NCBI GenBank assembly: GCA_018303115.1
Contig: JAGVYT010000001.1
Coordinates: 10,279 to 74,278, forward strand
DNA: 64,000 nt
Direction of reading: 5' to 3'
Origin: Candidatus Woesearchaeota archaeon
Lineage (GTDB): Archaea; Nanobdellota; Nanobdellia; Woesearchaeales; UBA10216
The position numbers were made by a program, and so were the translations under genes. This document shows positions 47,592 through 57,774 of this stretch, one piece after another. Numbering within the stretch: the first letter of the stretch is position 1; every line of letters starts with the position of its first letter. A model generated the notes under the pieces. That model was not told the DNA's origin. It saw only the letters and a program-made list of their open reading frames with translations, and did not search any database.

Positions 47592-47941
47592 TCATCAGCT
47601 ATCACTTAAAGAGATTAAAAAAAGAAAGGGTGATTCTGGGTTACCGTCCAAGGATTAACAACGAGCTGCTGGGTTTTAGTTCTTACAAAGTTTTTTTCTA
47701 TCTTAAAAATGTTTCAAAAGAAAGCTTTGTAAAGTTTAAAAATTATTTGAAGTCGCTGCCTGAAACAATATACATACTAGAGGAAGTCGGCATTACAGAT
47801 GTTGACATAGAGCTTATGCTGCCTACCGGAGAAAGTGTTTTTCAGTTTGTAGATAAAATTCGCTTTGATTTCCCAACGCTAATAAGGGATTACGAAGCAT
47901 TCTCGATAAAAAACTTAAAAGTAGAACTCCTGCCGTTTTAA
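47582..47941 (+). pseudogene. 5'-truncated Lrp/AsnC-family regulator
   Basis: SAKVISYHLKRLKKERVILGYRPRIN..LLG (second half of HTH plus effector domain); no start or first helix. Confidence 0.7.
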
Positions 47942-48027
47942 GAAGCGGTATCACTTACTCTTTCGTCATCCCGCAACACAGAGCCAACCGCAAACTTTAA
48001 ATATCAGTTGATAACTATAGTTATCAA

Positions 48028-48555
48028 ATGATAACTGAAGATAACAATTTAAGGGCGGTAAGGCTTTTTTTTGAAAGCCCTGAAAAGAAGTTCCACATAA
48101 GGCAGATAGCCAGGCTCACGGGCATGTCCAGCACAGGCGTAATTAAAATAGTAAAGAGGCTAAAAAAATGCGGTTTGTTGAAATCAAAGAAGGAACGGAT
48201 GGTTGAAGAGGTTGAAGCAGACTTTGAAGGAAGGTTTCTGCAGCTGAAAAGGGCTTACAACCTTCTTTCTGTTTACGATTGCGGCTTAGTGAAGATGCTG
48301 AGGGATTTCTATGAAGAACCGCAGTCAATCGTGCTTTTCGGCAGCTATGGGGAAGGGACAGACACCTCAAAAAGCGATATAGATATAGCGGTTGTAACAA
48401 AAAAAAATGAACTTCCAAACGTGGATAAATTTGAAAAAAAACTCCGCAGAAAGATAAAGCTCATGGCCGTATCTCTGGAAAAGTCCACGCCGGAATTTAA
48501 AAATTCTCTCAGCAACGGGATTGTCCTGAGCGGATATTTGGAAGCGATAAAATGA
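48028..48555 (+). CDS. HTH plus minimal nucleotidyltransferase (MNT antitoxin-like)
   Basis: FHIRQIARLTGMS HTH; LFGSYGEG...SDIDIAV. Confidence 0.85.
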   Translation: MITEDNNLRAVRLFFESPEKKFHIRQIARLTGMSSTGVIKIVKRLKKCGLLKSKKERMVEEVEADFEGRFLQLKRAYNLLSVYDCGLVKMLRDFYEEPQSIVLFGSYGEGTDTSKSDIDIAVVTKKNELPNVDKFEKKLRRKIKLMAVSLEKSTPEFKNSLSNGIVLSGYLEAIK

Positions 48556-48998
48556 CGCGCGAGTTTGAGTATTATCTGGAAAAGAACTTGGCAAAGAGGT
48601 CTGTTATAAATCGGTCTTTAGCAAAATCGCTTATGGAAAAAGCAGAACTCAGGCTCAAGCTATTGAACGAGGACAAGATAACAGATGAGATGGCTTCAAT
48701 AATGTTTGAGGAAGCGTATGAAGCTGTAAGGGAAGCCTCACAGTCACTAATGCAGGTTAAAGGATTTAAGCCATATTCGCATGATGCATTGATAGCGTTT
48801 TTAATAAAAGAAAAACTGATGCCCGAGCAGTTTATAAAATCATTTGACAGGTATAGGATATTAAGAAACAAATCGGTTTACGAAGCACAAAGGGTATCAA
48901 TAGAAACTTGTAAAGAAGCGCTTCAATTTGCAAAAAGGCGTATTCCTGAAGTTAAAAACAAGCTTTTTTCGCTATTAAACTCCAATATTATGCAGTAG
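48552..48998 (+). CDS. HEPN-domain protein
   Basis: [24 protein letters not shown]; paired with the MNT gene. Confidence 0.78.
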   Translation: MTREFEYYLEKNLAKRSVINRSLAKSLMEKAELRLKLLNEDKITDEMASIMFEEAYEAVREASQSLMQVKGFKPYSHDALIAFLIKEKLMPEQFIKSFDRYRILRNKSVYEAQRVSIETCKEALQFAKRRIPEVKNKLFSLLNSNIMQ

Positions 48999-51435
48999 AA
49001 TCAGTGTTGTTGTTCTCCTTCGCTATCTTCGCAACCGCAACAACCTCATCATTTTCTCCAAGGCGCATTATCCTTGCTCCCTGGGTGTTCCTTCCGATAA
49101 CTGAAATGTCCTTGGAGGGAACTCTAATCATGATGCCGTGCCTGCTCATGAACATAATCCCGTCATCATCAGAAACAGAAGCGATGCCAACCACCTTGCC
49201 GTTTCTCTCAGAAGTTTGTATGTTTATTACGCCATAGCCGCCACGGTTAATCAAGCGGTAGTCAGATACCGGAGTTCGCTTGCCATATCCCATTCTGCAG
49301 ACTGTAAGAAGGCTTTTTTGCTCTTCTGCAACAACCATGCCGATTACAGCATCCCCTCTCAGCTTAATGCCTCTAACCCCCTTTGAAGAACGGCCTGTAA
49401 TCCGGATGTCCGATTCCTTAAACCTCACTGCATAACCGTTCTGAGTTGCAAGAATAATCTGCTTTGTGCCGTCAGTCAGCTTAACGCTAACCAATTCATC
49501 ACCCTCGTCAAGCGTGATTGCAATTATACCACCTTTTCTTGGGTTTGAGTAAGCGTCCAGCCTTGTCTTCTTTATAGTGCCGTTCTTTGTTGCCATGACA
49601 ACATAGCCCTTGAAGTCTGCTACAGGAACAAATGCCGTAACCTGCTCGCCCTCACTAAGGTTGAGAAGGTTCACGATAGCCTTGCCTCTAGCATTGCGCC
49701 CTGCGTCAGGAATCTCATAAACCTTCAGCCAGTGCACCACACCGTGGTTTGTGAAGAAAAGAATGAAGGAATGCGTGTTTGCAACAAAAAGGTGCTCTAC
49801 AAAATCGTCCTCCCTAGTTGAAGCAGCAATAACCCCCTTTCCGCCGCGGTGCTGCTGCCTGTATTCAGTTAGCAAAGTGCGCTTGGCGTAGCCGGAATGG
49901 CTGACTGTTATGGCAACCTCCTCAGGCTTTATAAGGTCCTCATGCACGAAATCATCCTCCTTAACATCCTCTATCTGAGTCCTTCTTCCATCGCCATACT
50001 TATCCTTAATCTCCCTTAGCTCTGATTTTATTATGTCCAGTATCTTCTGGGGCGAGCCAAGAATGTCCCTGAGCTCTGCTATTTGGGATTTAAGCTGCGA
50101 GTCCTCATCGCGCAAAGCCAGCTGCTCAAGTGAGGAAAGCTTCTGCAGCCTCATCTCAAGAACTGCAACAGACTGCTTCTCGCTAAGAGTGAATTTTTGC
50201 ATCAGCGAAGTTTTGGCAGCAGCAGCATCCCTGGATTCTTTTATTGCCTTTACAACAGCGTCTATGTTCTTCAACGCAGCAACAAGGCCCTCAACTATGT
50301 GGAGCCTTTCCAAAGCACGGTTAAGCTCAAACTCGCATCTTTTTGTAACAACGCTTTTTCGGTGCCCTATAAACCCCAAGAGAAGCCTGTCCAGGCTTAC
50401 GGTCATTGGCATTCCGTCGACCAGACAAATCAGCGCAACAGAGATTGTTAATTCGAGCCGGGAATGGCTGAAGAGCTGATTCAAAACAACAGCTGAATTG
50501 GAGTTTTTCTTCAGCTCTATAACTATGCGCATGCCCTCCCTGTCGCTCTCATCCCTTATGTCTGAAATATCGCGCACTGTCCTATTCTTGACAAGCTCTG
50601 CAATCTCCTCAAGAAGAAGGGACTTGTTAACCTGGTAGGGAATCTCTGAAACTATTATGCACTCATGGTCCTTTTTCACCTCTACGAAAGTGCGCCCCCT
50701 TACCTTTAGCAGGCCCCTGCCTGTGCTGTATGCAGCCATTATTCCGGACCTGCCCCTGATTACGCCTCCTGTAGGAAAATCAGGGCCTGGCATAACATTC
50801 ATAAGCTCGTTAATCGGGGCATCAGGCCTGTCAATCTTCATAATCACAGCATCAGTAGCTTCAGAAAGGTTGTGCGGCGGTATGTTTGTAGCCATGCCAA
50901 CAGCTATGCCAGAGCTGCCGTTAACTAACAGGTTTGGGAACTTTGAGGGCAGGACAACCGGCTCTGTAACTGAGTTGTCAAAGTTAGGAACAAAGTCTAC
51001 TGTCTTTTTGTCAATATCCAAAAGAAGCTCTTCTGAAAGCGCTCTAAGGCGGGCTTCTGTATAGCGAAACGCAGCTGCCCTATCCCCATCAATAGAACCC
51101 CAATTGCCCTGCCCGTCAACCAAAGGGTATCTCAAAGAGAAGTCCTGCGCCATCCTCACAAGCGCATCGTAAATGGCAGCATCCCCGTGCGGATGATAGC
51201 GAGCCATGGCGTTGCCAATAATAGTAGCGGACTTGCGGAACGCTTTGCTATGCAGCAATCCAAGCCTGTACATGGTATACAAAACGCGCCTTTGGACAGG
51301 CTTCAGGCCATCCCTTATGTCAGGCAAGGCTCTGGAAACCAGCACAGACATAGCGTAATCTAGGTAAGAAACCTTCATCTCGTCTTCAATTTCACGATGC
51401 AAAACCCTCTGGTTCTGTTCTGTTTGAGGCGCCAT
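48988..51435 (-). CDS. gyrA: DNA gyrase subunit A
   Basis: [38 protein letters not shown], GyrA-box QHRGGKG, beta-pinwheel C-terminal domain. Confidence 0.97.
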   Translation of the reverse strand: MAPQTEQNQRVLHREIEDEMKVSYLDYAMSVLVSRALPDIRDGLKPVQRRVLYTMYRLGLLHSKAFRKSATIIGNAMARYHPHGDAAIYDALVRMAQDFSLRYPLVDGQGNWGSIDGDRAAAFRYTEARLRALSEELLLDIDKKTVDFVPNFDNSVTEPVVLPSKFPNLLVNGSSGIAVGMATNIPPHNLSEATDAVIMKIDRPDAPINELMNVMPGPDFPTGGVIRGRSGIMAAYSTGRGLLKVRGRTFVEVKKDHECIIVSEIPYQVNKSLLLEEIAELVKNRTVRDISDIRDESDREGMRIVIELKKNSNSAVVLNQLFSHSRLELTISVALICLVDGMPMTVSLDRLLLGFIGHRKSVVTKRCEFELNRALERLHIVEGLVAALKNIDAVVKAIKESRDAAAAKTSLMQKFTLSEKQSVAVLEMRLQKLSSLEQLALRDEDSQLKSQIAELRDILGSPQKILDIIKSELREIKDKYGDGRRTQIEDVKEDDFVHEDLIKPEEVAITVSHSGYAKRTLLTEYRQQHRGGKGVIAASTREDDFVEHLFVANTHSFILFFTNHGVVHWLKVYEIPDAGRNARGKAIVNLLNLSEGEQVTAFVPVADFKGYVVMATKNGTIKKTRLDAYSNPRKGGIIAITLDEGDELVSVKLTDGTKQIILATQNGYAVRFKESDIRITGRSSKGVRGIKLRGDAVIGMVVAEEQKSLLTVCRMGYGKRTPVSDYRLINRGGYGVINIQTSERNGKVVGIASVSDDDGIMFMSRHGIMIRVPSKDISVIGRNTQGARIMRLGENDEVVAVAKIAKENNNTDSTA

Positions 51436-51571
51436 TTTTAAGCCAAAAATTAGGTGGAAAAACAGCCGTTTTCCCGACGACAAACATAAAGGAAGGGGTG
51501 TTTAAAAAGGTTTGGGTAATTTAAGCAGTTTTGCGTTCATTTTCAGCAACGACCGCGGCAATGGCAGAAAA

Positions 51572-51718
51572 TCACTCAAAAATCTCACGTAAAACAGACT
51601 TCCTTACATCCATGCTGAAATTGCAGTAAACACAGGCCTTGCGCTTGCCGATAACGCTTGAGTTAGTCTGGTATTTCATCCGGTTGCCGCATCGCTGGCA
51701 CTTAAGGAGGAACATCAT
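51572..51718 (-). CDS. Small zinc-ribbon protein (48 aa; absent from the ORF track)
   Basis: Hand translation MMFLLKCQRCGNRMKYQTNSSVIGKRKACVYCNFSMDVRKSVLREIFE; two CxxC. Confidence 0.75.
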   Translation of the reverse strand: MMFLLKCQRCGNRMKYQTNSSVIGKRKACVYCNFSMDVRKSVLREIFE

Positions 51719-51773
51719 GGAAAGAACACTGGGCGCATGGGTTTTTAATTTTAATTAAAAACTGGCATGCAGA

Positions 51774-51852
51774 TATCCTGGGCTTGCTCAAATTTCTCCA
51801 CCCTTGCCTTGGCGTTGGTGGAGAAATTTGGTATTGGACAATGGGCAGGATA
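51774..51852. repeat. Dispersed palindromic element copy E6
   Basis: 14-bp perfect stem CAAATTTCTCCACC/GGTGGAGAAATTTG with loop CTTGCCTTGGCGTT; outer TATCCTG/CAGGATA. Confidence 0.7.
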
Positions 51853-51988
51853 CAGGAATAGCCAAACAGCAAAGGGTTACTAAGCCTAAAAAACACAGGC
51901 ACAGAAGGCAGGCTTCTGCATTAAGCAATAGTGGTATATATTCTATATACAACAGGTTTAAATAGCAGGGTTTACAGTTTCTACTCTC

Positions 51989-52333
51989 ATGGGACAACAA
52001 ACATACCAGTATGGTGTATTAATGCGGACTTATGGCGATGCAAAAAAGGCTTCTGCTGAAGGAAATACCAGAATTGCTGAGCTTTTATACCCGGAAACAC
52101 TTAGAATGGCTCAAGAGAGACTGAAGTTTCTTGGAAGGGAAAGGGCTCCCCACCTGGTTCAAGAAAGAAAAGACCTTGGGCTGTTAATTGAAGCCCTGGG
52201 AAGAAGGTATGAAGAGGGATATAGGTTACCGGATTTAACCGAGGAGTCTAGAGAAGACTCCCCCCTAGACGCGCTTACAAGAAAGGAAATAAAACACTTA
52301 GTTGCAATGTCAACCTTTCCTAAGGAGATGTAG
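51989..52333 (+). CDS. Hypothetical protein
   Basis: ATG start with TTTAAATA about 28 bp upstream. Confidence 0.55.
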   Translation: MGQQTYQYGVLMRTYGDAKKASAEGNTRIAELLYPETLRMAQERLKFLGRERAPHLVQERKDLGLLIEALGRRYEEGYRLPDLTEESREDSPLDALTRKEIKHLVAMSTFPKEM

Positions 52334-52940
52334 TCCTATCGCTGCCCTGCGCTTTCCCTGAATAATTTCTTTCTTCAGAATCCCGGCTTTCGCCCTCTGG
52401 AGAAACTTGCTGAACGTTTTCAGAAGAAGCTGCTTGGGGCTCCCCTTTTGCCTCTTCCACCCTGAACTTTTCCTTAACCTCCTCAGCGTTTCTCAGGTCA
52501 AAGTAGTTGAAGAAGCGCTCAGTCAGCCTGAGCAGCTTGGTTCTGCCGTGCTTTTCCCTTGAGATGAAACCAGAACTTTCCAATTCGCGAAGGTGGTCGT
52601 AAGCCTTGTTTGTCCTTACTTTAATAATGCCGGACTGCAAAACAGGCGCCTTCCATGCTATAACTGCAAGCGTTTCCATCATTGTTTTCGTAAGCTCTGT
52701 CTCTGCCACTATTTTCCTAACTACGCTTGAGTATTGCTCTCTTACAGTGAGCTTCCAGCCATCGCCCTCGTCAATAAGCAGCAGTGAGGAATTTTTAGAG
52801 TCGTAATCATTTTTTAATTCTTGCAGTTGCTGTATGATAGTAACGGCAGTAGTGCGACATAGCCTTGCTATTTCCTCTACGCTCATCTTTTTGCCTGAGG
52901 AGAACAACACGGCCTCAACCTTGTTTTTCAGCTCTTCCAT
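52320..52940 (-). CDS. scpB: SMC-Scp complex subunit ScpB
   Basis: VEAVLFSSG, ETLAVIAWKAP, I..VR, GRTKL..LTERF..YF. Confidence 0.92.
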   Translation of the reverse strand: MEELKNKVEAVLFSSGKKMSVEEIARLCRTTAVTIIQQLQELKNDYDSKNSSLLLIDEGDGWKLTVREQYSSVVRKIVAETELTKTMMETLAVIAWKAPVLQSGIIKVRTNKAYDHLRELESSGFISREKHGRTKLLRLTERFFNYFDLRNAEEVKEKFRVEEAKGEPQAASSENVQQVSPEGESRDSEERNYSGKAQGSDRTTSP

Positions 52941-52965
52941 TTTGGATTCGTGCATTTTCGTTCTG

Positions 52966-53364
52966 TTAATGGCGTTTAGTTTTAATTTTTTGCTTATCAG
53001 AACGATTAACTCTGGAGCGCTTTGCATCCTTTAGAATTTTTCTTAGTTTCTGCTTAAGCCCCGGCAAGTCTTTCTTGATAACATCCCAAGTCAAATCAAG
53101 GTCTATCCCAAAATACATGTGGATTAATATATCCCTAAAACCTGCAATTTGGCGCCAGCTTATTTCTGGATACTTATCCCGAAAATTTTTGGGAATGTTT
53201 TTAGCCGCCTCTCCAATAATTTCCAAATTTCTAATAACAGCATCCTGAATTATTTTTGATTTAAGAAACCCCTGCCTCGAAATTCCCTCAGTATATTTTT
53301 CTGCTTTCTGAATGCTGTCCAAAATGTGCCCTACGAAAACAGCAGGGTCTTTAGGAAGATTCAT
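52966..53364 (-). CDS. HEPN toxin (DUF86/HepT-like)
   Basis: DAVIRNLEIIGEA, W..IAGFRDILIH.YF (RxxxxH). Confidence 0.9.
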   Translation of the reverse strand: MNLPKDPAVFVGHILDSIQKAEKYTEGISRQGFLKSKIIQDAVIRNLEIIGEAAKNIPKNFRDKYPEISWRQIAGFRDILIHMYFGIDLDLTWDVIKKDLPGLKQKLRKILKDAKRSRVNRSDKQKIKTKRH

Positions 53365-53654
53365 AATAGCCTAACCTCTTCCTTAAGCACCCTTTTTCTA
53401 AGCAGCGGATGGACGGACTTATAGGTTAAAACGTCAACTTCCCTCCTTAAACTGTCCTCCAGCTCCTGCTTCAGTCTTATAAGGTCCAGCAAAGTCTTTC
53501 TTCCCTTAAACCTGATTAAAACATCAACATCACTGCCTTTTTTAGCAGAGCCTCTCGCGTGAGAGCCGAACAATCCCGCTTTTGCCACTTCATGCCTGTT
53601 TAACACCGAAATGATAGCACTCTTCAAGTCGGATTTTTTAATCTGCTTTCCCAT
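53361..53654 (-). CDS. Minimal nucleotidyltransferase antitoxin (MntA-like)
   Basis: LFGSHARG....SDVDVL, VDVLT. Confidence 0.9.
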   Translation of the reverse strand: MGKQIKKSDLKSAIISVLNRHEVAKAGLFGSHARGSAKKGSDVDVLIRFKGRKTLLDLIRLKQELEDSLRREVDVLTYKSVHPLLRKRVLKEEVRLL

Positions 53655-53816
53655 TCAAATCACCTGCCAACAATAATGCAACAGCCTATTTAAAAGTTTG
53701 CCTGAAAATTTTAGAGCAACGCAGGACAGCAACAGTTTTCTAACTACTAGCAAGTACTAAAACAAAAAGTTTATAAATGCCTTCTTTTTTCTTTTACAAA
53801 CAGGTACGGCTACAAA

Positions 53817-54707
53817 ATGGCAACAATACTTGACAATCCCAGAACAAAAGCAGGGCTTAACGACCCGTCAACCTCCTATTATGAAGGGTTTCTGGGAAGC
53901 CACAATTGGCAGATGCCCTTGCTTATCGATGCAGGCATGACACCGATTTCTTTCAAAGGCGTGTGGCAAAGGCGCTTGGAGGTTATCAGAAGGCTTAAGG
54001 AAGCCTTGGAAATGCATGAGCCAGAAGAACGAATAAAGGCGTGGGAAAGCCTGCAAACTGAATGGGTTGACACACACATTGGTTCTGGAGATGGCGCTGT
54101 AAGGCACAGCAGCGGCAGCGCAAAGATAGCGCCTGATGCGAATTACTTGAGACTTCTTACGCCTGAAACTCCGCTTAGAAACGGCAGTGTGCGATTAAGT
54201 GGCGGGGACTTCATAAGGTTGTATGGAGAACACTTCACCCCAGGACAAGTTGAAAGATACTTTGAGAAGTCATTAACAAGAGAAGAAGTCAAAGAAAGCC
54301 CGGTATGGCGCGCCTTAATGAGGGGAGACCAAGCACTGCTTAACCACGTTGCTGACACTGCTTTCGCACAAGCCGAAGAAAGGTTCCCGTACAGACCTAG
54401 ATATGACAGAGATGAAGGCAAGATGATGAGAGTTTACATTCAGAATGCTCCAAGCGAAGGCGCAGCCGGGCGCCTGTGGACTGCGAGCAGTCTTGTCAAC
54501 AACGCCTACGCCGGTAGCAGACGCTTAGACGATGTTGGGTGGTTGGTCGCGGTAGCGTCTGCGCCGAAGGCGCGTGTCGAAACAGGGGTTACGCTTGAGC
54601 AAAGAGTGAAGGCAGTTCTTGCAGCAACCAAGGGGCAAATTGGAATAGAAAACCTAGCCGGATACGAAATGCAAGTGCGTGACGCCCTACGGATTCTTGA
54701 GCAGTAA
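53817..54707 (+). CDS. Hypothetical protein
   Basis: 296-aa ORF with ATG and TTTATAAA upstream; no motif recognised. Confidence 0.65.
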   Translation: MATILDNPRTKAGLNDPSTSYYEGFLGSHNWQMPLLIDAGMTPISFKGVWQRRLEVIRRLKEALEMHEPEERIKAWESLQTEWVDTHIGSGDGAVRHSSGSAKIAPDANYLRLLTPETPLRNGSVRLSGGDFIRLYGEHFTPGQVERYFEKSLTREEVKESPVWRALMRGDQALLNHVADTAFAQAEERFPYRPRYDRDEGKMMRVYIQNAPSEGAAGRLWTASSLVNNAYAGSRRLDDVGWLVAVASAPKARVETGVTLEQRVKAVLAATKGQIGIENLAGYEMQVRDALRILEQ

Positions 54708-54863
54708 AACAAAGGATTGGAATACATTTTTATAACTCGGATTTCTTCCAGTTTAAGTCCCAGCGTGCAACCGAGCAATGAGTTGTTTAGCTTGGACCTA
54801 CACGCCTCCATGCCAGGGCAGCTTTGCCTGCCATGAAATACAGCCGCGACAGAAATTAAGCGG

Positions 54864-55457
54864 TTAACTACACTTCTCCCAAAGCTCGCCGCTCTTCCTT
54901 ATCAGCCCCTCTTTTGTAAATGCCTGCATGAACGGCTCAAGCTGCTCGGGCTTTATGCCGACAAGTTTTGATACTTCTCCAATGGGTTTTCTGCCTGAGC
55001 TGAGCATTATCAGCAGGAAGTTTTTCAGGAGGTTTGCAGAGTTTCTCTCAAGAAGCTGGTTGGCAGCGTTAACGTCCTTAAGCTTGAAGTCAATGCCATG
55101 AAGCATTGCAAGCGTATCGCTGACAAAGTTCGACAGCTCAAGCGAAGACATCTTGAAATTTTCAGGCTTAACAATTTCAAGAGAAGATGGAAGGTAGTCG
55201 AAGCATATCCTTGTCAGGACAACGAAATCCTTAAACAGCAGTTCCACCTCCGCGAATGTTGAGAAAAGCTTGTCCTTTTCCTCTGCAGGGTGAACCTTGT
55301 CAGAGATAACATCGACGTCTTTTTCCTCCCTTAACTTCTTAAGAACCAGAGCGAGAGTGCCCTCAACGTGCTGCTTTGGGGCGCCGAGGATCTCAATCAT
55401 TATGCGGCAATGCAAATAACCCTTGTCCAGCTTCTCGTCAATAGCCTCCTGCTCCAT
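54864..55457 (-). CDS. Conserved archaeal hypothetical protein
   Basis: IEILGAPKQHVE, FSTFAEVE, CFDYLPSSLEI..P; C-terminal HTH-like segment. Confidence 0.7.
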   Translation of the reverse strand: MEQEAIDEKLDKGYLHCRIMIEILGAPKQHVEGTLALVLKKLREEKDVDVISDKVHPAEEKDKLFSTFAEVELLFKDFVVLTRICFDYLPSSLEIVKPENFKMSSLELSNFVSDTLAMLHGIDFKLKDVNAANQLLERNSANLLKNFLLIMLSSGRKPIGEVSKLVGIKPEQLEPFMQAFTKEGLIRKSGELWEKCS

Positions 55458-55507
55458 AACCAGATGACAATTATAAGGTGTTTTTATAGTTTGCTGAAAA
55501 TAAAGAG

Positions 55508-55557
55508 TGTCAGAAATCGAAGATTTCTGAGCATGCTCAGAAGCTTCGCTTCTGACA
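55508..55557. repeat. 50-bp double-hairpin (T-shaped) palindrome
   Basis: TGTCAGAAATC GAA GATTTCTGA GCATGC TCAGAAGC TTC GCTTCTGACA. Confidence 0.8.
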
Positions 55558-55728
55558 TCCCGGCAGCGGCATAATAATACTTCCCAAATAGTTCGGATGC
55601 GTCAATCCTGAAGAAAATAGCTACACACTCTCTGCACAGGTTATACAAAAAGGCGACGGATTATAAAAAGCTTTCCCTCAAGGCAATGATTAACTTTATA
55701 TAACATCAGAAATCCTGATTTCTTTTTA

Positions 55729-56790
55729 ATGGCTAAGCTAATACTAAGCGACAACACAACATTTGAAGGGAAACCCTTCGGCGCTGACGCTTCTGTCTTT
55801 GGAGAGGTCGTGTTCAACACCGGCATGGTTGGCTATCCCGAGAGCCTGACAGACCCGAGCTATCGCGGCCAAATACTGGTGCTTACATACCCCCTGATTG
55901 GAAACTACGGCGTTCCCGGCGATGAAAAGGACGAATTTGGGCTGGTGAAAAATTTTGAATCGGAAAAGATACAGGTCTCCGGATTGATAATTTCCGATTA
56001 CTCAGAGAAATACAGCCACTGGAACGCGAAAAAATCCCTTTCTGACTGGCTGAAAGAGCATAATGTCCTTGGAATTTACGGAATAGATACGAGAATGCTT
56101 ACGAAGAAATTGAGGGAAAATGGCGTAATGCTCGGGAAAATAATTAACGGCAGCGGTTACGTTGAGCTTTCCGACCCGAACCTGAGAAATTTGGTCGCAG
56201 AAGTGTCTGTAAAGGACAAGACGGTGTATAATAAAGGCGGAGGCAAAAAAATAGTGCTGGTTGACTGCGGTGCAAAGCTGAACATAATAAGGAGCCTGAT
56301 AAAAAGGGGCTGTGAAGTAATAAGGGTGCCGTGGAATTACGATTTTCCTAAGGAAGAGTTTGACGGGCTTCTAATCAGCAACGGCCCCGGAGACCCCAAA
56401 ATGGCAGATATTACAATAAAGAACGTTGCTGCTGCAATGGAAAAAGACATTCCGGTATTTGGCATCTGCCTTGGAAATCAGATAATGGCGCTGGCAGCGG
56501 GAGGAAATACCTACAAGATGAAATACGGCCACAGGAGCCAGAACCAGCCGTGCATAGAGAACGGAAGCAAGCGCTGCTACATCACAACGCAAAACCACGG
56601 CTATGCGGTTGACATGAAAAGCCTTGGCAACGGCTGGGAAGAATGGTTTGTTAACGCAAATGACGGAACGAATGAAGGGCTTAGGCACAGGACAAAGCCT
56701 TTCATGTCAGTGCAGTTCCACCCTGAAGCGGCCCCTGGCCCTGTTGATGCAGAATGGATTTTTGACAAGTTCCTGGAGATGGTGAAATGA
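55729..56790 (+). CDS. carA: Carbamoyl-phosphate synthase small subunit
   Basis: GEVVFNTGMVGY.E.LTDPSY, SNGPGDP, GICLG, QFHPEA. Confidence 0.97.
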   Translation: MAKLILSDNTTFEGKPFGADASVFGEVVFNTGMVGYPESLTDPSYRGQILVLTYPLIGNYGVPGDEKDEFGLVKNFESEKIQVSGLIISDYSEKYSHWNAKKSLSDWLKEHNVLGIYGIDTRMLTKKLRENGVMLGKIINGSGYVELSDPNLRNLVAEVSVKDKTVYNKGGGKKIVLVDCGAKLNIIRSLIKRGCEVIRVPWNYDFPKEEFDGLLISNGPGDPKMADITIKNVAAAMEKDIPVFGICLGNQIMALAAGGNTYKMKYGHRSQNQPCIENGSKRCYITTQNHGYAVDMKSLGNGWEEWFVNANDGTNEGLRHRTKPFMSVQFHPEAAPGPVDAEWIFDKFLEMVK

Positions 56791-57287
56791 GCGAGGAAAT
56801 GATTGATGTTTTGGATGAGGAAGACAAATTTGTAAGAAAAGCCTCTAGAGGCGATGTCAGGAAAAATGCGTTATTGCACAAGACAATTCACGTGGTTATT
56901 TTGAATGAAAAAGGGAAATTCTTTGTTCAAAAAAGGGCTGCCAACAAAGACATTTGGCCAAGATTTTATGAGGTAGGGGTTGGAGAGACTGTCATTGCCA
57001 ACGAGGATTATGATGAAGCTGCCGAGAGGGGGCTAAGGGAAGAAATAGGGATAAATGCAAAGCCGCAATTACTGTTTGAAACAAAGTTTCGCTCAGAAGA
57101 AAACAATGCAAACATAAGGGTCTATAAGTGCGTCATTAAAGAAGGCGTAACGTTTGTAGATAAAGAAGTCAGCGAAGGCTTTTTTGTTTCTGAAGAAAAG
57201 CTCAGAGGGATGGTTGAAGGAAAAGACTTTACACCGGATAGCGTGCATGTGATGAAAAAATACTGGGGGCTGAAAAATGCACGATAA
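56787..57287 (+). CDS. NUDIX hydrolase (IDI type 1/YfcD-like)
   Basis: IDVLDE, LLH, QKRAANKDIWP, E.YDEAAERGLREEIG. Confidence 0.85.
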   Translation: MSEEMIDVLDEEDKFVRKASRGDVRKNALLHKTIHVVILNEKGKFFVQKRAANKDIWPRFYEVGVGETVIANEDYDEAAERGLREEIGINAKPQLLFETKFRSEENNANIRVYKCVIKEGVTFVDKEVSEGFFVSEEKLRGMVEGKDFTPDSVHVMKKYWGLKNAR

Positions 57288-57774
57288 ATACGTCGCTATT
57301 GCTGACGAGGACGACAACGTCATAGGCAAAGCCACCTGGAAAGAGGCTCATGAGAAAGGCATGATTACAAGGGCTGCTAACGTGCTGGTGTTCAACTCAA
57401 AAGGCGAGCTTTTAGTGCACAAAAGAAGCCGGAGCCTCCCGACATTTCCGGGAATGTATGACATAAAGCTTGGCGGGGTGGTCGACGATGGCGAGGGTTA
57501 CGAGGAAACCGCCCTGCGGGAACTGAAAGAGGAGGCGGGGATAGAAAATGCCAAGCTGAAATTCTTATTTTACTTCAAATACAGAAGCGACGAATACAAA
57601 AATAACAGGAAAGTTTACAGCTGCATATACAACGGCAAAGTCAGGCTTCAGGAAGAGGAGATTGAGGAAGGAAAGTTCGTGACGCTGGATGAGGCAAAGA
57701 AGCTTGTTGCGGGAAGTGATGTTTCACCGTCAGCTGCAGAGGTGTTTTGGGAGTTTTTGAAAAGAAATGAATAA
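57277..57774 (+). CDS. NUDIX hydrolase (IDI type 1/YfcD-like)
   Basis: HKRS....FPG.YD..GG.V..GE.YEETALRELKEEAG, LQEEE. Confidence 0.87.
   Translation: MHDKYVAIADEDDNVIGKATWKEAHEKGMITRAANVLVFNSKGELLVHKRSRSLPTFPGMYDIKLGGVVDDGEGYEETALRELKEEAGIENAKLKFLFYFKYRSDEYKNNRKVYSCIYNGKVRLQEEEIEEGKFVTLDEAKKLVAGSDVSPSAAEVFWEFLKRNE

Noticed and set aside
48988..51435. Intein in GyrA, or ParC identity
   Set aside because: The length is normal and continuous through the catalytic Tyr region, and the GyrA-box is present
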